From: Candidatus Gemmiger stercoravium | GTDB lineage: Bacteria > Bacillota > Clostridia > Oscillospirales > Ruminococcaceae | Length of the DNA: 64,000 nucleotides | Assembly (NCBI GenBank): GCA_019119835.1 | Contig: DWWE01000094.1 | Location: 188 to 64,187 of the forward strand | Direction: 5' to 3' | Shown: positions 8,297 through 15,170 of the stretch, piece after piece | Layout: every line of letters begins with the position of its first letter | How positions within the stretch are numbered: the first letter of the stretch is position 1 | Notes under the pieces: generated by a model | The model's database searches: none | Told to the model about the DNA's origin: nothing | Seen by the model: the letters and a program-made list of their open reading frames with translations, nothing else | Position numbers and translations under genes: made by a program

Positions 8297-9040
8297 TTAC
8301 AGGATGCGGGGGCAGCCGGCCAGGTCGCGGATGACCTCCCCGGCCAAAATCAGCCCTGCCACCGAGGGCACAAAGGCGTTGGAGCCGGGGCTCTGCCGCT
8401 TGCCGGGGCCTTCCCGGTCGGTATCCAGCCGCCCGGCGGCAAGGGCGGCCCCGGTGGTCGGCTGTTCCCGGGAATAGACGACCTTCAGCTGCCGGATGCC
8501 GCGTTTGCGGCACAGCGTCCGCATGGCCCGCGCCAGCGGGCACACCGAAGTCTTGTACAGATCGGTCACCTCAAAGGCGGTGGGGTCCAGCTTGTTGCCC
8601 GCCCCCATCGAACTGATGATCGGCACGCCGGCCTCCTGGGCCCGGACCGCCAGTTCCACCTTGGCGCTGACCGTATCGATGGCGTCGATCACATAATCAT
8701 ACTGGCGAAAATCAAACTGATCGGCCGTCTGGGGGCCAAAAAAGATCCTGCGGGGGTGTACGACGGCCTCCGGATTGATGGAAGCGATCCGGAGGGCAAA
8801 GGCGTCCACCTTATATTCGCCCATCGTTTCGTAGGTGGCAATGATCTGCCGGTTCAGGTTGGTCAGGCAGACCTTGTCGTCATCGATCAGATCCAGCGTG
8901 CCCACCCCGCTGCGTGCCAGGGCCTCCACCGCATAGCCGCCCACGCCGCCCACGCCGAACACGGCCACCCGGGCCTGGTACAAGCGCTGCATGCCGTCCG
9001 GGCCAAACTGCACCTGGGTACGCGCAAATTGATCGACCAT
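8297..9040 (-). CDS. tcdA: tRNA threonylcarbamoyladenosine dehydratase (ThiF/E1-like)
   Basis: GVGGVG nucleotide-binding motif, DDDKVCLTNLNRQ, ISSMGAGNKLDP and CPLA motifs. Confidence 0.85.
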   Translation of the reverse strand: MVDQFARTQVQFGPDGMQRLYQARVAVFGVGGVGGYAVEALARSGVGTLDLIDDDKVCLTNLNRQIIATYETMGEYKVDAFALRIASINPEAVVHPRRIFFGPQTADQFDFRQYDYVIDAIDTVSAKVELAVRAQEAGVPIISSMGAGNKLDPTAFEVTDLYKTSVCPLARAMRTLCRKRGIRQLKVVYSREQPTTGAALAAGRLDTDREGPGKRQSPGSNAFVPSVAGLILAGEVIRDLAGCPRIL

Positions 9041-9074
9041 CGTATCCTACCTTTCCTGTATTGAATCTTTTGGC

Positions 9075-9103
9075 ATTGTACCACGGCCCTTGGCAGGTGT
9101 CAA
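9075..9103 (-). promoter_or_regulatory. Sigma-A promoter of the tcdA-ttcA pair
   Basis: TTGACA (9098-9103), 17 bp, TACAAT (9075-9080) with an extended TG. Confidence 0.75.
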
Positions 9104-9150
9104 GAAAACCGCGGCGGCAAGCCGTTCATTGGCCTGCCGCCGCGGTTTTC
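9104..9150 (-). terminator. Terminator of the feoA-feoA-feoB operon
   Basis: GAAAACCGCGGCGGCA...TGCCGCCGCGGTTTTC perfect 16-bp inverted repeat. Confidence 0.75.
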
Positions 9151-9152
9151 AC

Positions 9153-9266
9153 TTATGAGTTGTCTGACCGGCGGGGTCCCGGCCGGCGGGCGCGGCGCCG
9201 CGCCCATGCCTTGACGACCAGCACAATGCCCGCCACGGCCAAAACCAAAATTCCGGCTGCGATCAT
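9153..9266 (-). CDS. Small single-pass membrane peptide (37 aa), last ORF of the feo operon
   Basis: MIAAGILVLAVAGIVLVVKAWARRRARRPGPRRSDNS. Purine-rich RBS GGAAGGGGG upstream and a terminator immediately downstream. Below the ORF-track cutoff. Confidence 0.6.
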   Translation of the reverse strand: MIAAGILVLAVAGIVLVVKAWARRRARRPGPRRSDNS

Positions 9267-9287
9267 GCGCCCTACCCCCTTCCGGTT

Positions 9288-9674
9288 TCAGTCTGTCTCA
9301 CAGACGGTTTGCTCGAATACGTCGGCATATTTTTGCCGGAAGTCCTCGTCCGGCAGGGCAGCCGCCATGGCGAAGGCCGCTGCCTCGCGCTGGGCCCGGT
9401 CCACCGGGAACGGAAGTTCCGGAAAATTTTCGAGAATCCGGTCCAGGATCTTCCGGTAATAATGTACGGTGAAAGCGCCTCGGTCGGTCAGGTAGATCTT
9501 CCCGTACCGCTCCTTGACCACCAGCCCCCGGCGCATCAGCGATTCCAGCACCCGCACCACAGAGGGTTTGGTCACATCCAGTGTCCGGGCCACTTCCATC
9601 GAAGACACCACCGTTTTGGTCTGGGAGATCGAATAGATTGCAAAAAGATAGCGCAGGTTGGTATCGGATAACAT
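9288..9674 (-). CDS. DtxR-like winged-helix regulator lacking the usual metal ligands
   Basis: YLFAIY...SSMEVARTLDVTKPSVVRVLESL..RGLV..ERYGKIYLTDRG matches the DtxR N-terminal HTH. Confidence 0.75.
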   Translation of the reverse strand: MLSDTNLRYLFAIYSISQTKTVVSSMEVARTLDVTKPSVVRVLESLMRRGLVVKERYGKIYLTDRGAFTVHYYRKILDRILENFPELPFPVDRAQREAAAFAMAAALPDEDFRQKYADVFEQTVCETD

Positions 9675-9770
9675 GATTCCCACCCTTTCCAGCCATGACC
9701 GCAGCCGGCAAACGGCAGGGCCGGCACATACCCGGGACCCCGCCGTCCGGCTCGGCCGGTTTCCGGCCTG

Positions 9771-9962
9771 TTATGATTTCTTGCCGGCGGACGGATGGCA
9801 CAGCGAGCTGTTGGCACAGCCGCTGCAGCTGCCGCCGCAGGAGCAGGAGTGCTTGCCGGACCTGCGGTTCCTGCAGCCATTGTACAGGATGGCCCCGACC
9901 GCACCGAACACGATCAGCGAGCCGATGATGGTCGGCAGATTGTTCCAAAGCATTGTCAGCAT
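9771..9962 (-). CDS. FeoB-associated Cys-rich membrane protein
   Basis: Hydrophobic helix followed by GKHSCSCGGSCSGCANSSLCH, directly downstream of feoB, with RBS AAGGAG. Confidence 0.85.
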   Translation of the reverse strand: MLTMLWNNLPTIIGSLIVFGAVGAILYNGCRNRRSGKHSCSCGGSCSGCANSSLCHPSAGKKS

Positions 9963-10007
9963 ATACACCAATCTCCTTGATCTGGTGATGGGGTTGCCGT
10001 ATCCCCC

Positions 10008-12191
10008 TCAGCGGGAGGCGACCAGCTTGCGGGCGTCGATCTTTACGGCGTCATCACCGTTTTTGTTGGGGCGGAACAGCAGGAACAGCCCGACGGCAAG
10101 GACGGCAACAGCCGCCACGGTGCCGGCCCCGAAGGGAACTTCGCCGGTGATGAGACCGCCGATCTGATAGATGATGAGCGAGACGCAGTAGGCAAACACG
10201 CACATATACCCGATGGCAAAGGCGGTCCACTTGCCGTTGTTCATCTCCCGCTTGATGGCGCCCATGGCCGCAAAGCAGGGGGCGCAGAGCAGGTTGAACA
10301 CCATGAAACTGTAGGCGGTCAGGCCGGTGAAGTAGTTGGGCACCATGCCCCAGATCTCCTCGCCGTTCTCCGAGATCTCGCCCGCATAGTTGAACAGCTG
10401 GGCAAAGGTGGCGACGACGTTTTCCTTGGCGATCAGGCCGGTGACCGTGGCCACCGTGGCCTGCCAGTTGCCGAAGCCGAGAGGCGCGAAGATGAAGGCG
10501 ACAACACCGCCGACGGAAGCCAGCAGGCTGGTGTTGTTATCCTCCACCATGCCGAAGGCGCCGTCGGTAAAGCCGAAGCCCTGCAGGAACCACAGGATGA
10601 CGGTGGAAGCCAGAATAACGGTGCCGGCCCGCTTGATGAAGGACCAGCCGCGCTCCCAGGTGGCGCGCAGCACATTGCCCCAGGCAGGCACATGGTAGGC
10701 GGGCAGCTCCATGACAAAGGGCGCGGGGTCGCCGGCGAACATCTTGGTCTTTTTCAGCATGATGCCGGAGATGACGATGGCCGCCACCCCGATGAAGTAG
10801 GCGGATACCGCCACCAGCGTGCTGCCGCCGAAGATAGCGCCGGCAAACAGGCCGATGATGGGCATTTTTGCGCCGCAGGGAATGAAGCAGGTGGTCATGA
10901 TGGTCATTTTGCGGTCGCGGTCATTCTCGATGGTGCGGGACGCCATGACGCCGGGCACGCCGCAGCCGGTGCCCACCAGCATGGGGATGAAGCTCTTGCC
11001 GGACAGGCCGAACTTGCGGAAGATCCGGTCCATGATGAAGGCGATGCGGGACATATACCCCACATCCTCCAGAATGGAGAGCAGGAAGAACAGCACGAGC
11101 ATCTGGGGCACAAAGCCCAGCACGGCGCCGACGCCGGCCACAATGCCGTCCACCACCAGGCTGGTCAGCCAGGGGGCGCAGCCGACGCTCTCCATAAAGC
11201 CCTGGATCGCGGGGGGAACGATCTCACCAAACAGCACATCGTTGGTCCAGTCGGTGGCCATGGTGCCGATGGAGACCGGGGTGCCGCCCATGGCAATGGC
11301 ATAAACCGCCGCCATAACCAGCACAAAAATGGGCAGCGCCGCAATGCGGTTGGTGACCACCCGGTCGATGTGGTCGGAAACCGTCAAGTTGCTGGTGCGG
11401 GGCTTTTTGTGGACCGCCGCGTTCACCACCTTGTTGATGTAGGCGTAGCGCTGGTTGGTGATGATGCTCTCGGCGTCATCCTCCATCTCCTTCTCGCAGT
11501 CCACGATATGGGTCTCGATGTGGTCCAGAAGCGCCTTGTCCAGATGCAGTTCCTGCTGCACTTTCTCATCCCGCTCAAACAGCTTGACGGCGTACCAGCG
11601 CAGGAAGCGGGCGTCCACCTGCCCCTGGATGCTCTCCTCGATGTGAGCGATGGCATGTTCCACACTGCCGGTGAACACATGCGGCAGTTCCCCGCTCGTT
11701 CCTTTCCGGGCGGCAGCAACCGCCAACTGGGCCGCCTTGTCGGACCCTTCGCCCTTCAGGGCGCTGATCTCCACCGCCTGACAGCCCAGTTGCTGGCTGA
11801 GCTTGTGCAGGTCGATCTTGTCGCCGTTTTTGCGCACCAGATCGATCATGTTGACCGCCATCACGACCGGGATGCCCAGTTCGATAAGCTGGGTGGTCAG
11901 GTAGAGGTTGCGCTCAATGTTGGTGCCGTCGATGATATTCAGGATGGCGTCCGGCTTTTCCGTGACCAGATATTCCCGGGAAACCACCTCTTCCAGCGTA
12001 TAGGGAGAGAGCGAATAAATGCCCGGAAGGTCCTGGATCACCACGTCCTTGTTGCCTTTCAGCCGGCCTTCCTTCTTTTCCACCGTAACGCCGGGCCAGT
12101 TGCCGACATACTGGCTGGAGCCGGTCAGCGCGTTAAACAGGGTGGTTTTGCCGCTGTTCGGGTTGCCGGCCAGAGCGATCTTGATAGCCAT
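10008..12191 (-). CDS. feoB: Ferrous iron transport protein B
   Basis: G1 GNPNSGKT, NWPGVTVEKKEG, DLPGIYSL, GTGCGVPG and NLLCAPCFAA. Confidence 0.95.
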   Translation of the reverse strand: MAIKIALAGNPNSGKTTLFNALTGSSQYVGNWPGVTVEKKEGRLKGNKDVVIQDLPGIYSLSPYTLEEVVSREYLVTEKPDAILNIIDGTNIERNLYLTTQLIELGIPVVMAVNMIDLVRKNGDKIDLHKLSQQLGCQAVEISALKGEGSDKAAQLAVAAARKGTSGELPHVFTGSVEHAIAHIEESIQGQVDARFLRWYAVKLFERDEKVQQELHLDKALLDHIETHIVDCEKEMEDDAESIITNQRYAYINKVVNAAVHKKPRTSNLTVSDHIDRVVTNRIAALPIFVLVMAAVYAIAMGGTPVSIGTMATDWTNDVLFGEIVPPAIQGFMESVGCAPWLTSLVVDGIVAGVGAVLGFVPQMLVLFFLLSILEDVGYMSRIAFIMDRIFRKFGLSGKSFIPMLVGTGCGVPGVMASRTIENDRDRKMTIMTTCFIPCGAKMPIIGLFAGAIFGGSTLVAVSAYFIGVAAIVISGIMLKKTKMFAGDPAPFVMELPAYHVPAWGNVLRATWERGWSFIKRAGTVILASTVILWFLQGFGFTDGAFGMVEDNNTSLLASVGGVVAFIFAPLGFGNWQATVATVTGLIAKENVVATFAQLFNYAGEISENGEEIWGMVPNYFTGLTAYSFMVFNLLCAPCFAAMGAIKREMNNGKWTAFAIGYMCVFAYCVSLIIYQIGGLITGEVPFGAGTVAAVAVLAVGLFLLFRPNKNGDDAVKIDARKLVASR

Positions 12192-12232
12192 ACACATATA
12201 CCCCTTTTCTTTGTGCTATATCGGCAGGTCAA

Positions 12233-12252
12233 AAGTTAGCATCCGCTAACTT
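12233..12252. promoter_or_regulatory. Putative DtxR-family operator inside the operon (feoA-feoB spacer)
   Basis: AAGTTAGC-ATCC-GCTAACTT, a perfect palindrome with core GTTAG-N6-CTAAC. Confidence 0.65.
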
Positions 12253-12286
12253 ATCGGCCTGAAATCAGGCGGTTTTGCAACCGCCC

Positions 12287-12508
12287 TTATACCAGTTCCA
12301 CCATCTCGGCATCGGCTTTGCGGATGCTGAGCTCATAGCCGCGGATGTTCAGTTCCATCGGGTCGCCCAGCGGCGCCACCTTGCGGACAAACACCTCCAC
12401 GCCCTTGGTCAGCCCCATATCCATGATACGGCGCCGCACCGGGCCTTCCCCATGGATCTTCGCCACGGTGACTGTCTGCCCGACCTTGGCCTCTTTCAAA
12501 GTCTTCAT
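12287..12508 (-). CDS. feoA: Ferrous iron transport protein A
   Basis: RRRIMDMGLTKG..VRKVAPLGDPMELNIRGYELSIRK. Confidence 0.95.
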   Translation of the reverse strand: MKTLKEAKVGQTVTVAKIHGEGPVRRRIMDMGLTKGVEVFVRKVAPLGDPMELNIRGYELSIRKADAEMVELV

Positions 12509-12562
12509 TGCTGAATTCCTCCTCTATGTGTGAATATGCAGACAAATGCTTTCGCACCTGTT

Positions 12563-12778
12563 TCAGCCAACCATGATCCGGTTTGCCATCACCCGGTCCA
12601 GCGCGATCCGGCTGTCCTTGACCTGTACGATCAGGTTGCCGGCGATCTCGCTGACCACCGTGACCTGGGCATCCATCACAAACCCGAGTTCTGCCAGGTG
12701 CTGGCGGACTTCGTCTTTGCCGGTGATCTTCTGGATCACGCAGGGAACGCCGGATTTGGCCAACGTGAGCGGCATCAT
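12563..12778 (-). CDS. feoA: FeoA family protein
   Basis: HLAELGFV...GNLIVQVKDSRIALDRVMANRIMV. Confidence 0.9.
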   Translation of the reverse strand: MMPLTLAKSGVPCVIQKITGKDEVRQHLAELGFVMDAQVTVVSEIAGNLIVQVKDSRIALDRVMANRIMVG

Positions 12779-12800
12779 ACATCGTCACCTTCTTCTGAAT

Positions 12801-12855
12801 GTTAGTCTCGTCTAACTTTCGGGCGTAAAGCAGGCGGTTAGAAAGACCTAACCGC
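12801..12855. promoter_or_regulatory. Tandem putative DtxR-family operators just downstream of the feo promoter
   Basis: GTTAG-TCTCGT-CTAAC at 12801-12816 and GCGGTTAG-AAAGAC-CTAACCGC at 12834-12855. Confidence 0.7.
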
Positions 12856-12867
12856 TTGAACACTTGA

Positions 12868-12896
12868 AGTTTAACACCACGAGCGAGGAATGTCAA
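12868..12896 (-). promoter_or_regulatory. Sigma-A promoter of the feoA-feoA-feoB operon
   Basis: TTGACA (12891-12896), 17 bp, TAAACT (12868-12873) with an extended TG. Confidence 0.7.
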
Positions 12897-12905
12897 GAGT
12901 TTTCC

Positions 12906-12934
12906 TTGCTTTTTTGGTTAGTTTGTGCTAATCT
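12906..12934 (+). promoter_or_regulatory. Promoter of the DtxR/MntR regulator overlapped by an operator (autoregulation)
   Basis: TTGCTT (12906-12911), 17 bp, TAATCT (12929-12934) with an extended TG. GTTAG-TTTGTG-CTAAT at 12917-12932 overlaps the -10. Confidence 0.6.
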
Positions 12935-12966
12935 TTATGTATAGTCAAACAAAGCGAGGTTTTTTT

Positions 12967-13344
12967 ATGAGGATTCACCAATCCGCCGAAGATTATCTGG
13001 AAAAAATTTTGATGATCCGGGAAAAGAAAGGCGAAGTTCATTCCATCGACATCGCCAACGAATTGGGGTTTTCGAAGCCGAGCGTGAGCGTGGCCATGAA
13101 GAACCTTCGCCAGGCCGGGTATATTTCGATGGACGGCAACGGCGCGATCACCCTGGAACCCCCAGGGTACGAGATCGCCAACCGGATCTACCAGCGCCAC
13201 AAGCTGCTGACCCGCCTGCTGATCTCGCTGGGGGTCAGCGCCGAGACGGCCGCCCAGGACGCCTGCCGGATCGAGCACGACCTGAGCGTGGAGACCTTTG
13301 AAAAACTGCAGGCATACGTCCTGCAGCATTTCCCGGAGGAATAA
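12967..13344 (+). CDS. Metal-dependent transcriptional regulator, DtxR/MntR family (short form)
   Basis: SAEDYLEKI, SIDIANELGFSKPSVSVAMKNL, RH and DACRIEH metal-ligand motifs. Transcribed divergently from the feo operon. Confidence 0.9.
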   Translation: MRIHQSAEDYLEKILMIREKKGEVHSIDIANELGFSKPSVSVAMKNLRQAGYISMDGNGAITLEPPGYEIANRIYQRHKLLTRLLISLGVSAETAAQDACRIEHDLSVETFEKLQAYVLQHFPEE

Positions 13345-13370
13345 TCCCCCTGTCATCAGAATAATCCAAC

Positions 13371-13415
13371 ACAAAACCGGCGCCTGCACGGAGAGAACAC
13401 AGGCGCCGGTTTTGT
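13371..13415. terminator. Bidirectional terminator
   Basis: ACAAAACCGGCGCCTG...CAGGCGCCGGTTTTGT between convergent genes. Confidence 0.8.
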
Positions 13416-13497
13416 GGATTCGGAATGCCTTTTCAAAAGACCGCAAATGGCTGTGACGTTCTTTCAGGCAAGGAAATAGCTAATTTTGTTCGGGCGA

Positions 13498-13920
13498 TCA
13501 CCAGCTTGCCAGCGCCCGCCCCAGGTCGCGGCAGCGATCCAGCGCCTGATCATCGGGCACTTCGTTGACGATCAGACCTTCGTCACTCTGCAGCACGGCG
13601 CCGGCTTCCTGGCAGCGGGCCACCCACTGTTCCATCCATTCGCCGGACCCCCAGCCGTAGGAGCCGAACAGGGCGATCTTTTTGCCGTTCAGACTGCCTT
13701 CCACGGCCGAGAACATCGGCTCAAACTCGCCTTCCTCCAGCTGTTCGGCCCCCATGGCCGGGCAGCCGAAGGCGATGACATCATAGGCGGCCACATCCGC
13801 CGCGCCGAAATCGGCCGGTGCCAGCAAAACGGCGGAACCGCCGACCCCTTCTGCGATGGCCCGGGCCATCGCCTCGGTGTTGCCGGTGCCGCTCCAATAC
13901 ACGATCGCTACCTTATTCAT
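13498..13920 (-). CDS. Short-chain flavodoxin
   Basis: VYWSGTGNTEAMA, FGCPAMGAE and ALFGSYGWG motifs. Confidence 0.95.
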   Translation of the reverse strand: MNKVAIVYWSGTGNTEAMARAIAEGVGGSAVLLAPADFGAADVAAYDVIAFGCPAMGAEQLEEGEFEPMFSAVEGSLNGKKIALFGSYGWGSGEWMEQWVARCQEAGAVLQSDEGLIVNEVPDDQALDRCRDLGRALASW

Positions 13921-13957
13921 AAGTATACGCATCCTTTCTGTGGTTCAGAATGGTTCT

Positions 13958-14527
13958 TCAAACCGCAATGGTCAGCCGGGTGACCGGCGTTCCGCTGCGG
14001 TAACAGCGCAGATACACTTCCGTACATTTTCGGAAGCTGGCGAAGCGGGCTTCGGCCTGTATGGGGTCGCCGTACACCTTCCAATACCCTTTGCAGGTAT
14101 AGTTCTTGCCCTTGTTCACCATAAAGCCGACCACATCCTCCAGCGGATAACCGAGGAAGACGCCGATCTCGTGGGGGAAGGTCTCCTCACAGCAGAGCCG
14201 CTTTGACAGATGGCTCAGATGAGCGGCCAGATCCTCCCCTTCCGGGTAGCCGCTGCCCTGCAGGAACCGCAGGACCTCAGGGTCCTGCAGGATCTTTTGC
14301 AGGCGCGGCGCACGGTACACATAGATCAGGTGTGCTTTCGTCCGGGTGCAGCTTTTGAGGACCGCGATCTCCACCCCGCGCGGACGGAGTGCGTCCTGCC
14401 AGGCGGCGAGGGTCCGGCGCAGGGCGGCGCCGTCAGGCTCCACCCAGCGGAACAGATTGGCCGGTTTCAGCCCTGCCATGACCGGGGCACACTGGGTAAC
14501 GAACGAGATCCCGAAATCACGCTGCAT
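13958..14527 (-). CDS. DUF3793 family protein
   Basis: QCAPVMAGLKPANL, FPHEIGVFLGYPLEDV and GYWKVY motifs; upstream of flavodoxin, as is usual for this family. Confidence 0.9.
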   Translation of the reverse strand: MQRDFGISFVTQCAPVMAGLKPANLFRWVEPDGAALRRTLAAWQDALRPRGVEIAVLKSCTRTKAHLIYVYRAPRLQKILQDPEVLRFLQGSGYPEGEDLAAHLSHLSKRLCCEETFPHEIGVFLGYPLEDVVGFMVNKGKNYTCKGYWKVYGDPIQAEARFASFRKCTEVYLRCYRSGTPVTRLTIAV

Positions 14528-14586
14528 GGGTAGAGCTCCTTTCTCTCTTTGCGTTGTTGTATCTTTGGGAATGAATCGTTTGCATA

Positions 14587-14602
14587 GTTAGTTATCGCTA
14601 AC
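14587..14602. promoter_or_regulatory. Putative DtxR-family operator near DUF3793
   Basis: GTTAG-TTATCG-CTAAC. Confidence 0.7.
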
Positions 14603-14648
14603 TTCCTGGGAGTAAAAAATATCCGCACTGCCGGGCGATACAAGCGGG

Positions 14649-14845
14649 AAAAAAGGCCAGCCGCAGCGGAACTGCCGGCGAGGTTTTGACCATGTCAAAG
14701 GCTGCCTGCCAGTCCGCCGCCCCCCTGCCCTGCAAGGCACAAAGCCGAACAGGACAGCCGGACCGCGCGGCGGACCTTTGCCTGTACGGAACCGCTCTTT
14801 CGGCGGAAGGGAGAGCGTGTCGGTTAGTTATTGCTAACCTCGATG
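14649..14845 (-). ncRNA. Candidate iron-regulated sRNA or attenuator leader (~195 nt)
   Basis: Strong promoter upstream. Internal stems GTCCGCCGC/GCGGCGGAC (14767-14775 with 14712-14720) and TTTGAC/GTCAAA. Ends in a GCCGGC..GCTGGC hairpin plus TTTTTT at 14649-14654. Confidence 0.4.
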
Positions 14846-14879
14846 AGCTCACTATACCACAGCCATCCTGCTTTGTCAA
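14823..14879 (-). promoter_or_regulatory. Sigma-A promoter with an operator just downstream (DUF3793-flavodoxin leader)
   Basis: TTGACA (14874-14879), 17 bp, TATAGT (14851-14856) with an extended TG. GTTAG-TTATTG-CTAAC at 14823-14838. Confidence 0.75.
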
Positions 14880-14917
14880 CCCCCTTTTTCAAATATCCGA
14901 CGAAAATAATAGGATAT

Positions 14918-15154
14918 TAGGCCGTCGAAAAAGTCCAAAACCGTCGCCGTCGGCGGACAATCTCCGGCCTAAGAGCCGGGCCTGCGGCCCGGTTGGCCTC
15001 CGAAACGCAGCTGCGGGCGCAGTGCGCCGAAGACGGTGACGCCACCAGGAAATTTTATGGCAAATTGTGTGCGAGGAACGAAGTGGCGAGTGCGCGATTT
15101 GCCGTAAAATTTAGTCGAAGGAGATACACGAGGGGCAAGGAACTCGACACGCTA
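14918..15154. mobile_element. MITE-like non-autonomous element (~237 bp)
   Basis: Flanked by the direct repeat TAGGATAT (14910-14917, 15155-15162). Imperfect terminal inverted repeats TAGGCCGTCGA and TAGCGTGTCGA (reverse complement). Strong internal hairpins and no ORF. Confidence 0.55.
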
Positions 15155-15170
15155 TAGGATATAGGTTTCC

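Noticed and set aside
14598-14879. 93-aa ORF spanning the DUF3793 leader
   Set aside because: It begins inside the -35 element, runs through both operators and has no RBS or protein-like features.
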